Part shown: positions 51,196 through 62,642 of the stretch, piece by piece | Layout: each line of letters begins with the position of its first letter | How positions within the stretch are numbered: the stretch's first letter is position 1 | Position numbers and translations under genes: made by a program | The notes under the pieces: generated by a model | Databases searched by the model: none | Seen by the model: the letters and a program-made list of their open reading frames with translations, nothing else | What the model was told of the DNA's origin: nothing | Assembly: GCF_040938485.1 (NCBI RefSeq) | Contig: NW_027271623.1 | Coordinates: 83,756-147,755 of the forward strand | DNA from: Diadema antillarum | Taxonomy: Eukaryota | Reading direction: 5' to 3' | DNA length: 64,000 nt

Positions 51196-53362
51196 AACAA
51201 ACAGACACACAATAGAGAGTAACGGTTAAGTGTAATTTGTAAACTCGTACATTAAAAAGGTTTGCAAAATAAGCTGCAATATATAGCAGGCCCAGGTTAG
51301 GTACAACGGTGTGTATTAACGTCCCCATGCTTACCATGAAAGGTTATACTTCCGGGTTCAATATCACTGATAAATGCCGATTGATTCATGCGGAGTATTC
51401 ACAAACTGTTGTCAGTTGTTCTTGTAGGATGGCATACTTACGGACGCAGTCAGATTGGAAGGCCCTATGTAGTATATCGTATCACGAAGCACTACCAAAT
51501 GGTCAGACGTTCAGATAGCTATTGGGAGATATCTCTGTTTACGGTCATCTTTCACAGAAGTGGGTATTCCCCACAAGGTGGCGAAGAACACTGCTGTCTC
51601 TTGGTTACTGCGTCTAACAATGTGTCATGAAATCCAAACTAACAATGCTATATCGCCCTCTATAGAGATTTTTTTTTTGTTGCCATAACTAAAAAAAAAA
51701 AAATAGAAATCGTCATCTATTAAGAAAAGTTTTCTTGTTGTTGTTGTTGTTTTATTACAATGGCATTTTCACGGTGAATAATGTGCATTAGAAGCAAGTT
51801 TTCTCACACGCTTGCGACGACTTGAGTATACTGGGATTGCTAGCTTTGGCTATAGCATGACTAGCATTCTCTTTTTATTCGAAATTGTATTTCAGGAAAA
51901 TTTGAGGCTAAAAAATATTATGAAATGAGACTACCTTGATAAACTAACATTCAAACTACAAAAAAAAAATAACACTCAAACGATAACGTGAGATAAATCA
52001 CACGAATGTTCAGAAACTAATGATAGACTGATAGAAAAACTTAAAGGCCATAACTGGGGTCATTGCAAAGTCAGGCACTGTCGTCGAACAACGAAATAAT
52101 CATAACATATGGCAAACCAAAGGTATTCATCCACCTTCGTATGTAAACTGTACCGCATATAATCACTGGTATTTACTGCACTTGAACTGTTTTGGAAATG
52201 CATGATATCACACACCCACACACACATGCGCGCGAGCGCACACACACACACATCGAATTCTGACTCTATTGTATGCTATATCTCTCTTTCATAATGTTAC
52301 ATGTTTTATCACATTGTAGTCTTGTGCTGTTTCACCAATTGGTTTATTACATTTCCAATTTAGTCTTCATTATTATCTTTGTCATTATTGTCGTTCAACT
52401 TCATGCTGTATCGTGTATTCTTTACTTTTGAGTAATGGTAAGCTAGTCAAAGAAATCACATTTTGACCAGTATATATCATATTATATATTCAATATAAAG
52501 GTATCTTTTTGTATCTTGTCCCCAGTCTTGACAAAGGGCAGGAAGCCCGAGAGCTTGAGTAAAGTCACTTGTGAGGATTAAGCAACGTCTTCCGCCTCCT
52601 TACTCTCGTTTACATACACACTCCAAAAAGATGCGACGACTCAGGGGTTCATCATTAGCTGAAGACACACGACTCACACCATTCAATATAAAGCTATATA
52701 TACTGTTACATTGTATATTGATACAAGTGAAGAAGAGTTTACTGAAGATCGGACAACATCACAGAAGTCATAATGATCATTACTGGTTTACTACAGATAG
52801 CAAATTGGTGATATGATATGCCGATTCCTTTATTTGGATGACCCACAAACTGTTGTTACATGTCCATCTTGATAAACTTGATTAAAGTCATGAACATCTG
52901 CTTAATATTGCAAAAATGCACAGTATCTTGAAAGTACAACATTTCACCGAATCCTGCAGTAAAGTAAAATAATTATCATAATTGAATTAAGCGATTTCAA
53001 TTGAACATTTCTTTTTTCAACCTGTCACCCTTACCCCAATATCTGATTTTATTATACAAAACAAGCTAATCACATGAATGTATGCTTACTGCATTTACTA
53101 AAAGAAAACAAACCATATTCTCTACTTAACCATCTAACAAATCATTACCCTTTACCGCCCTAAGTACAACTACCAATTTAACCCCGTTCCCATGCACGTG
53201 AAATATCTCTACACACACCGAACCTACCCCCTGTTCACCTCCATCCACTCACCAAGCAAATTGCACTTCCCCCAGAAAAAAGAATACAAAAACCAACAAC
53301 AAAAGCGAAATTAGAGCAACGTTATCATGTTTTGAGGGGAAAGGATATTACAAGCTTCCTCA

Positions 53363-54046
53363 ATGCCTTCCTCAATGGCCCTCAATTCACCACCTTCAAC
53401 CCGACAGTCATCAGCTCTTGTTTGCAATGTGATAAAGGAACTTCTGAAGAATGGCGACTACATTGAGATGCTCGATGCTGCCATCAGCAAAGCTGTGGAC
53501 AAGGCTTTTGTCAAGCTCAATGACCGCATTGAAGCTCTTGAAGGTCAGATGCATGATCTTCAAACAGACTGTGACAACAAAGCCCACCAAATAACTGTCC
53601 TAAAGAAAGAGATGAGCAAGCAAGCTGACCGCATTGACACTTTGGTTCAAGCACAGTGGGACATGGAACAATACTGCCGGAGAAACTCCATCCGCATATT
53701 TGGAGTGAGAGAAAGAGAAGGGGAAAGCACTGATGACATTCTTTGTGACATCGCCAAGAAAGACCTTGGGCTTGCCATCAATCCTGAAAAGGACATCGAC
53801 CGTAGCCATCGCACGGGAAGAAAGAAGGCATATACAGCTGCACCCAGGCCCATCATAGTCAAGCTGACCTCCTACAGAAAGCGACAAGAGATCTTGAAAA
53901 GAAGAAGACATTTGAAAGGAAGCGGAGTTTCAATCCATGAGGACCTCACAAAGCGAAACGTTGACCTGTTACGCAAGGCATCCCAGCACACGAAAGTGAA
54001 AGTGAAGAAATACCAGCCACAAACGGAAGGACAGTCAAGAAACTGA
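53363..54046 (+). CDS. LINE ORF1p-like protein (227 aa)
   Basis: An N-terminal heptad coiled coil (LDAAISKAVDKAFVKLNDRIEALEGQMHDLQTD..) followed by CRRNSIRIFGVRE...IDRSHRTGRK...RPIIVKLTSYRKRQEILKRRRHLKGSGVSIHEDLTKRN. This mirrors L1 ORF1p (RRNNLRIIGVPE..IQRAHRIGK..RHIIVRFT..LKGKPIRLTADLS). Confidence 0.7.
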   Translation: MPSSMALNSPPSTRQSSALVCNVIKELLKNGDYIEMLDAAISKAVDKAFVKLNDRIEALEGQMHDLQTDCDNKAHQITVLKKEMSKQADRIDTLVQAQWDMEQYCRRNSIRIFGVREREGESTDDILCDIAKKDLGLAINPEKDIDRSHRTGRKKAYTAAPRPIIVKLTSYRKRQEILKRRRHLKGSGVSIHEDLTKRNVDLLRKASQHTKVKVKKYQPQTEGQSRN

Positions 54047-54406
54047 TCAGATGTGAAAGTGACTTAAAGAATTTGTGATCTACAGTTAATTTCATTCACT
54101 AGTGGCCCCAGAATGTAAAATTTTGATTGTAAACATGTAAACACTGTACTGCATTGATATGTATCTTCTTTTGCTTCTATGCATTGTAATATAGTATCAT
54201 CACTGCTGAATTCCTCCTAAAGGTAATAATACATTGTAATCAGGCAATGACTTGTTTCTAAATCTGTTGTTATCAGAAATTTGATTTGGTTATTTTTTTT
54301 TCTTTTGCCCGTTCTAATATCAGTGTATAACTGAGATAAGTTATTGTGATAATTGTATGTGAATATATGTTCTCTTTTATGTTTTATACGTTATATCTTA
54401 GGATAC

Positions 54407-57394
54407 ATGTCTGTAAATAGTAAGTGTGCATTATGTAACAACCAAATACTGCGAGATGGCATTTGTTATACGTGTAAAACCAGGAAGTTAAATCAGAATA
54501 TGCAAAACACGTTAGATGAGGAATGTGTGACAACTACACGATATTACCTTCCAAGTGAATTTAAGAATGAAATGAAACAATATAATACTCCTGCTATGAT
54601 GACTTGTGTTCATTTTAATTGTAGAAGCCTTAAAGGAAATTATGATAATTTCGTTTCTTGTTTAAACTCTTTAGATTTAGATTTGTCTGTTATTGGAGTG
54701 TCGGAAACGTGGATGCAGGACAATGATAATGTGTTATTTTCGTTACCTCATTACAATTTTGTTGGAAAGGGGAGGTCAAATAGGAGAGGTGGAGGTGTTG
54801 GCCTTTTTGTACATAGTAAATGATGTTTTTTTGATGTTTTTAATGAATGTATTGAGTCTGTGTTTATTGAAATAGCCAACTCTCAAAATAATCTTATTGT
54901 AGCTACTGTTTATAGACCCCCTAATCAACCAATTCAGTCTTTTATTGATATGCTACAACCTGTATTCCACAAAATATCTCAAGAAAGGAAACAATGTATT
55001 ATAGTAGGTGATTTTAATGTTGATCTATTGGTTGATATCAATGTGACACATCAATTTTTAGATTTATTCATTTCATCTTCTTTTTCTCCTATGATATTCA
55101 AGCCGACAAGAATAACGAACTCGTCAGCTAGCTTACTCGATAATGTTTTTATCAACCGCTCAGAAAATGTTGTCACAGCTGGTATTCTCATTTCAGATGT
55201 CAGTGATCACTTATCTCCTTTTATTGTGTATAATGGTAGTCGAGTATATAACGATGATGTTAAGCATATATACAGAAGAGTTATTAATGAGGTAAATATA
55301 GTGAAATTTCTTGGTTTGTTACAGTCTGTTAAATGGAATAATCTTGTGGAAGTTCCTACGGTTGATGAGAAATATGAATATTTTATGCGCATATTTTTAG
55401 ATACGTATAATGAATGTTTTGTTTTTAAAAAAGTAAATATCAAGAAAAATAATAATTGTCAAACTTGGTTTACTAAAGAACTGAAAAAGATGTGTCACAA
55501 AAAGTATATATTGTATAAAAAATATTTGAAAAATCCCACTCAATATCGTAAACACATTTACAAGCAATATAGAAATACTGTTAACAATACGATCCGTGCA
55601 GCTAAACGTGCCTATTATCAAAATGTCTTTGACAAAGTGAAGAGTGATTTAAAAGGTACATGGAGAGTAAACAATAATTTGTTGAATAAGAATTGTAAGA
55701 AAGATAGTTGTGATTACATTGAGCATAATGGTGTAGCAATTGATGATAAGAAAAGTATTGCTGATACATTTAATGATTATTTCAGTAGTATTGGAACTAA
55801 GTTAATGAATAATTTGCCGCATTCTTCCTTAGATAAAGATTTCTCACATTTTATGAAAGATAATTTTTCTCAATCTATGTTTTTTACACCAATTAGTGAA
55901 GGAGATATTGTATCTGTTATTATGAGTTTAAGTGCCAACAAATCTCCTGGCCATGATGGCGTTGATTCTTCTGTTTTAAAACGATGTGCCCATCTTATCT
56001 CTTTTCCCTTGTCACATATTTTTAATACTTCAGCTGAACAAGGTATATATCCCACAGATTTAAAATTAGCGAAAGTGATACTCGTATATAAAAAGGGAGA
56101 TAAATATTCATGTTCAAATTATAGACCTATTTCAAATTTGTCAGTTTTTTCTAAAATATTTGAAAAACTTGTTCATGAGAGATTGACAGCTTTTTTAGAT
56201 AAAAACAATATTTTATATAATAAACAATTTGGTTTTAGAGAAGGTTTTAGTACAGATATGGCACTTTTAGAGTTTGTTAATAATGTATCTTCAGCATTTG
56301 AAGAAAAGAAAATAATTCTGGGTTTGTTTTTAGATTTATCAAAGGCTTTTGATTCTATTAATATTTCGATTCTTTTAAAGAAAATGTATCATTATGGAAT
56401 CAGGGGAAATGTTTTACAGTGGTTTGAAAGTTATTTAACAGACAGATAACGATATGTATTTATTGATAATCATTACTCGAAATATAATTGTATAAATGTT
56501 GGTGTTCCTCAAGGTTCTGTATTAGGACCATTGCTTTTTCTGATATATGTAAATGATCTGTGTTTTGTGAGTGATATTTTAAACCCAATTATGTTTGCAG
56601 ATGACACCAATTTATTTTTATCTGGCAAAAATATACATGATATGACAGCATTGTTGAATACTGAACTAAAGAAGGTGTGTGATTGGTTTGTAGTCAATAA
56701 ACTTACACTAAATTATGAAAAAACTGTTTATATGGTATTCAGACCAAACAATGTCAAAATAGATACTAGTTCATTGAATATAATGTTGTATGAAAATAGA
56801 ATAACAGAGGCTCAGAATGTTAAATTTTTAGGTGTCATAGTTGATGAACATTTGAGTTGGAAATATCACATTAATGATATATCTTGTAAAATATCTAAAG
56901 TTATTGGTGTTTTAAATAGGATAAAAAGTTTTTTACCACTGCGCATTTTAGTGAATTTATATAATACTATGATATTACCACATATTTCATATTGTATTTG
57001 TGCATGGGGGAAGTGTGCAATGTATTTATTGAATAGAGTATATATCTTGCAAAAGCGTGCAATCCGTGTTATAACGAATTCATCTTTTTTAACATCTACT
57101 GATTTTCTTTTTAAGAAGTTGAATATGCTCAAAGTAAATGATGTTTATTTGATTCGAGTAGCCAGTTTTATGTATAAACACTCTAAAGGTTATTTACCTC
57201 AAATTTTCCGCAGTTACTTTGCATTTAATAGATCTATAAATTTTTATGAAACCCGAAATTCGTGCAATATGTACGATCCATTTTACCGATATAAGATATC
57301 AAGAAGTAGTATAAGATTTTTAGGTCCATCTCTTGCATCATTCAGAAGAAAATATAAGTTACAGCTTATTTCAAATTATTGTATAAATGTGTAG
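54407..57394 (+). pseudogene. LINE ORF2 (endonuclease + reverse transcriptase) in one continuous frame, interrupted by two in-frame stops (TGA 54821-54823, TAA 56447-56449)
   Basis: APE motifs (VHFNCRSLKGN, GVSETW, GDFNVDL, SDHLSP). RT motifs ([74 protein letters not shown]). All three ORF-track pieces (54353, 54860, 56531) are in frame 2, so there are no frameshifts. Confidence 0.75.
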
Positions 57395-58424
57395 TCCGAT
57401 CTGGCTTAGTGCTACATAATGTCCCGTTTTGTAGACTGTTTTTGTTTTGTAATTTGTGTCTTATTTTGTCCTCTGTAAGTGCATTTAGTACTTGTAATTG
57501 TTTTATGTGCTTGTTGTTAATTATTCTGTAATGTTTTAATTGATAACTGTTAATTATGATATCATTATTTTAAATGACTCTTTTTTTTTGTCTATGGGGT
57601 TCGGCCTCGAAAGGTCAATGGCCTATTGCTGTTCCCCTCCACACTCGCCACATATCCCGAGTCACAAACTCTGGTTTTTGTACATGTGCGTTATTTTGTT
57701 ATTGCTTGTTTTTTTTCTGTGTGTACATTTTTGTTATGCTCACATGAAATCACATTGATTTCATTTTTCTTTTTATGAGATGTGGAAAATAAACTTGAAA
57801 CTTGAAACAAGCTCTGCTTTTTGGCTTCCCTCCGTTTTCAATATTACACAGCAAATAACATGTAAACGTTTTATTTATTTCTTCCTTAAATCAATACATG
57901 GTATTCATAAGATATTTCGACCTGTTAAGAATATGTATTTTAACTTTCATATTAGTGTTCTTTTCTAGTGATAAATTTGTACACTGTCACTCTTTGTTCA
58001 AAATGAATAAACGAAAAGAAGAACAAAAGGCAAAGAAAGCCACACACACACACATACCCTCATACACACATACACACGCACTCGACAATACACACGTACC
58101 CATACAAACACTCGACAAACGACAATATACACATACGCACACACACCAATGCACCTAATCACACTCTGGCATATGGTTACCCGTTTCCTATGACTTACAC
58201 CAAAAACCGACTTTGAGAGAAAAAAAATGAAAATGATAAACAAAATATGTTCTTGACTGAAATATTACAAATTTTAAAAATCATCAAAGCTATCACACAC
58301 TTAATTCCATTTGAACTACCTTGGAAGCCTACAAATATTATCCCTCCAGTCCATGTCCGCCATTAACCCAACTGAATAATCAAAACGCTCAATATGAAAC
58401 TGCCACATCGGCTTAAGTCTAACA

Positions 58425-58466
<42 letters not shown>
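58425..58466. repeat. (CA)n microsatellite
   Basis: Read directly. Confidence 0.85.
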
Positions 58467-58468
<2 letters not shown>

Positions 58469-59957
58469 GACCGAGACATGGAAATTCAAATTCAAATTCA
58501 AATTCAATTTTTTTTCACTTCCATCAAATAAACAAATAAATCATATACAATGTATATGCACAGGACATTTGTAATAATTGCAGAATGTGATTAAACAAAG
58601 TACAAATGAAAAAATGCACAACTATATCTTTTTTATATATAGGCCTACATAAAGCATGTAATACAAGTTAATACAATATTGGGATGGAAATGAAGAGTCC
58701 CACTTAGGGCAAAGCCTGTTCAGTATGGGACCCTCAGAAAATACACAAAACAGCGATATAAAACAAAATTAAACGAACCAATGTCAACTGACACGAAATC
58801 AAAATAACTGGGAAGGAAAAAAAGAAAGAAAAAAGAATAAGAAAAAGAAACTACAGTAAAGGAAACAAAGTTTTCAAAATATATCAGTAATCTAGTAAAC
58901 ATTTGCCAATAAATAACTACAAAGAAGTGAAGAAGAAAATGGTGCCTATAATCAATTTGTGATTGCAAACATCCAATGGCGAACATAAATCACAAGAATT
59001 TATTATGTAGAAGAACCAGAGTAGTGTGAATAAAACAAAATTTCAAGTTATTTTAGCTTACATGCTCCTGTTATGCAAACATACACTGGATGCAACGCGG
59101 AACTCTAAACTTTTTTAATTTCTTGCAGAGAAAGGAAAGAGAAAAATAGAGAGTGCAAACAAGACGACGGCAAATAATAGTGTTTAATGTAACGTGGTAG
59201 ATGGACGATCAAATTGATAGGTTTTATATAATGTGGAGGAAGTCATCATAACGAAACAATGAAATTTCGGTCATGCAACAACGAACAATACACAATAAAT
59301 TGTAAATTTATGCACTGTATAGATCTAAATCATGTCGCTATTGATTTTCACTCGAAGTACAAATAAAATCTCTTTCTAACATGAAACAGTTGATGGATAC
59401 TGTAATGATCTAATTAAGTCTGTACCAGAATATCCATGATAATTATGAATATACAAAGTAAAGCAAACTCTATACCACCAGCACTAGTAACGTCTTGTAA
59501 ACACCAAAGTATAAACGATATTGTATGTAATTATTTCATAACATAATCAAATTGATTTTAAATTTAAACCTTTGAAGTCAACTTACAAACTTACATTTTT
59601 GCTTTGCCACTAATATTCAGAAAATGAGTGAAAACTATCTTACAGTCCTACCATGGTAATCTCCTTATGATAAGTCGCATCACATTTATTATTCATTGTA
59701 TGCTACGAAAAATGAACTTCAGACCTCTTTTACTGCTGTTTATACACTGCTTCTCATTATAATTCAATCACAATGTTTGACAAGCAAAATTTTGATGTGC
59801 ATGACCTCAAACAACTGCTTTATAATAAATAAATACATCAGTGAAATTTGAGGAAATTCGAACAATTCATTCAAAAGTTATATTTTTTGCTTTTTCTCGA
59901 TATGAAGACTACAACAATTAGCTGTCACCGTAAGAGAATGGTACAATAGAAATATTT

Positions 59958-59975
59958 ACAAATATTCGGTTTTGT

Positions 59976-60006
<31 letters not shown>

Positions 60007-60032
60007 GTTTGTTTTTTTTTTGGGGGGGGGGC
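59958..60032. repeat. (GTTTT)n microsatellite running into poly-T and poly-G tracts
   Basis: Read directly. Confidence 0.8.
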
Positions 60033-60220
60033 GGAAGGAGGTTGTTTTTATAGCATAACACTAACTAACCTCCTTCAGAAGACAGGGGGTAATAACCATT
60101 GAGGCAAGTCAGTTCTTAAGAATAATAGAATTTTGTAGAATATGATCTTGTTTTAATATACAGATTGGGCCTACCCGCTTCAGTGCAAGCATTACTCTTC
60201 CATAGGGCCCTGCAATAAAG

Positions 60221-60222
<2 letters not shown>

Positions 60223-60270
<48 letters not shown>

Positions 60271-60290
60271 GTGTGTTTGTGTGTGTTTCT
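60223..60290. repeat. (GT)n microsatellite
   Basis: Read directly. Confidence 0.85.
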
Positions 60291-60895
60291 CTCGTTGAGA
60301 CACCTTTATTGGAACTGATTTGATTTGCTCAAGCATTTCACTCATCAAATATAAGTAGAGTGTAAAACCTAAAATACGGAGGACAATACATTCAGGGAGA
60401 TGAGAATACAGTCCTTTCATGAAATTAAACACAGATCGGGAAGTTGGAGGCTCGTGTGCACGCCCCACTCGTTCGAGGGAGGGCGCTCTTCAGTATATGA
60501 CAAGCTGATGAACTGCACTCCAAGTCGTATCGTGTCACTGCCAAGCCTTTTAACATGTTGCACAGTTCGTATTTTGAGCTCATCACTAACAACAGGTATA
60601 TTCCATTGAAAACAAAAACAGCATCAAAGCCACACATTTTTTTTTTTCATCTGACAACTCAGAACAGTAGCAAAATCAAAAGTGATGGATTGTTAATATT
60701 GCATATACACGTAACCGTTTCATGAAATGATTCTATAATAATGGAACCTACATGTATTGGAGGAGTGATAATTCATAATGAATATAGCAGTTAAGTAGTA
60801 GCCCATCACACGTAAACAGCGGTGCAAGTCATGCATCTTCTTGGTATCACGAGCTTGAAGGAACACATGAAACACTTAAACCGGCAAAAGGAATC

Positions 60896-61279
60896 CAATT
60901 CCATTGATGTTGATATGTTTTAGCCCCCTTTGTTGTAACTCGCCATCAGGGGAGTAGAGATGTATTCCTCCTGTAGACGATCTCACCGCCATCTTACCGT
61001 CTGGTGCACATAACAAGTCATACAAGTCATGTTGTTAGGGGGAGCTCTGTCATGTGCTTTGACATCGTATACTCACTTGTGATATTCCTCATCATAGAGA
61101 GAGAGAGAGAGAGAGAGAGAAAAGTTCATTGAACTTTGAGTATAAAAATCTGGGTTCGTTCTCTCAGTGATTGATTGTTAGGTCAGATTGATTGTCAAAA
61201 AGCTCTTCAAGTTCTCGCACAGCTGCTGGGTCGTGTGCAAACATGACTCTCGATTTAGCTTACTTTCTTCCACTATGAT
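60896..61279 (-). pseudogene. Remnants of the deleted linker/NHL region of the truncated TRIM paralog
   Basis: 60896-61090 aligns to TRIM 45975-46150 (..accgccatcttaccgtctggtgcac.. = GEKGGIHLYSHDGK region). 61196-61250 aligns to 46240-46290 (aagctcttcaagttctc(g/a)cacag). The pieces are out of frame, separated by a (GA)n microsatellite, with stops. Confidence 0.55.
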
Positions 61280-62095
61280 TTATGATTCCGCCTCGAAATT
61301 TCCACACCATTCTTGGACTTGATGTTTCAGAGCCTGTCTTCTAGCTAACAATAGTCGCACATGTTCCTCGTACGCCTTGTCTATATCATCATTGAGCCTT
61401 CTCATCATGTTTGCTATTTCATTGCGTTGTGTCTCTATGACCTCAAGGTGGTTTTCTACGGTTTCTTTCTTTGATTTTACTCTTTCTCTTAACTCACTGA
61501 TATTTTTCGTTAGTTTCTCCTCATGAATGGATGCCCTTTCCAGTTGATGACCAGCTTGCGAGTGCTGTACCATGCCACACGCACCGCAAATGTACTCCCG
61601 GCAATGGTTACAGAAATACTCTTCATCAGCGCTTGGGTGTATCTTACACTTTCGTCGCCTCCTTATGAGAACTTTTCCCGAGAGCACCTCGCTCATGGCT
61701 ACGACTGAGTGGGCAGAGAATGGTGTCCAGATAGAGTGTGTTTTCTCACAAGATGTGCACATATTTTGCCCACAGTCCTGACAGTAGGACACAGCTGGTG
61801 GCTTTTCATGTATGTTACAGAGTGTGCAGGCTGGACTCTTGGTTCTCATTTCTTCCAGGAGAGAACACAGCGATACGTTTGTTGGTAACATACACACGTC
61901 TCCATTTGGTACCGGCGTTCCATTTCTGCATACAGGGCATATAAGAGTTTCTTGGCAGGGCTGAGTTTGAAAGACACGTACCAAACAGTCTTTGCAGAAG
62001 GTGTGTGAACATGCTAACAATTTAGGTTGCTTGAAAAGCGTCAGACAGACAGGACACTCCAAATTCTTGCTGCTGTTTTGATGAAACGTTGCCAT
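61280..62095 (-). CDS. Truncated TRIM paralog with RING, B-box1, B-box2 and coiled-coil. 271 aa; the open frame ends before any NHL domain.
   Basis: RING CPVCLTLFKQPKLLACSHTFCKDCL..CPVCR. B-box1 CTLCNIHEKPPAVSYCQDCGQNMCTSCEKTH. B-box2 CKIHPSADEEYFCNHCREYICGACGMVQHSQAGH. Coiled coil about 75 percent nt-identical to 46380-46700. Kozak caccATGG. It may be an RBCC-only gene or a pseudogene. Confidence 0.65.
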   Translation of the reverse strand: MATFHQNSSKNLECPVCLTLFKQPKLLACSHTFCKDCLVRVFQTQPCQETLICPVCRNGTPVPNGDVCMLPTNVSLCSLLEEMRTKSPACTLCNIHEKPPAVSYCQDCGQNMCTSCEKTHSIWTPFSAHSVVAMSEVLSGKVLIRRRRKCKIHPSADEEYFCNHCREYICGACGMVQHSQAGHQLERASIHEEKLTKNISELRERVKSKKETVENHLEVIETQRNEIANMMRRLNDDIDKAYEEHVRLLLARRQALKHQVQEWCGNFEAES

Positions 62096-62398
62096 GGTGA
62101 TTGTCTATGAAAGGAGAAACACAGAGTGGTAAATGTATCAGTCAATGCAAGCAAGATTAATACCACGAATATACATCGGACAGAAACGGGATGGCAATGC
62201 AATGCTTGCTCTGACATTCTTTGCATTTTGTAAAATTCAGTGAAGCAATGAGGCACAACTTTAGTGTTCGTGTGTGTGAATGCAGTTTCCCCATCTTTAA
62301 CGAATAATGCTTATTTTTGAGAGTGCAGTTCATTAAAATGTAACAGATCACACACTGTTATCTTGTGAGCCTGTCTTAAGAAGCTGCAAGTTAGAATA

Positions 62399-62642
62399 CA
62401 CTCTAAAAACATCCGAGTCAGAACTGACCCGGAACTGGGTCCTTTGGGGTCATACACCGTTCCGGGTAAAAAAATGACTTGGAATTTGGTCATGAGGACC
62501 CCGAATGGGGTCACCCTGACCCAATTCATGACTCTGAATGGGTCATATCTGACCCCATTCCTTGTCATTTCTGACCCGGAACGGTGTATTACCCCAACGG
62601 ACCCAGTTCCGGGTCAGTTCTGACTCGGATGTTTTAAGAGTG
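62399..62642. mobile_element. Foldback Tc1/mariner-like MITE (244 bp) with perfect 44-bp TIRs
   Basis: CACTCTAAAAACATCCGAGTCAGAACTGACCCGGAACTGGGTCC (62399-) with the exact reverse complement ending at 62642. TA flanks both ends (62397-62398 and 62643-62644). The interior is also largely palindromic (CCGGAACGGTGTA / TACACCGTTCCGG). Confidence 0.65.

Larger units (their letters stand above)
53363..57810 (+). mobile_element. Nearly intact non-LTR retrotransposon (LINE), about 4.4 kb: ORF1 (L1-type coiled-coil/RRM) + ORF2 (APE endonuclease + RT of the GVPQGSVLGPLLF/FADDT type) + 3'UTR with AATAAA and a CTTGAAA(n) tail
   Basis: See the sub-features at 53363-54046 and 54407-57394. The 3' end carries ggaaaataaacttgaaacttgaaac at about 57785-57808. 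The 5' boundary was not determined. Confidence 0.8.
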
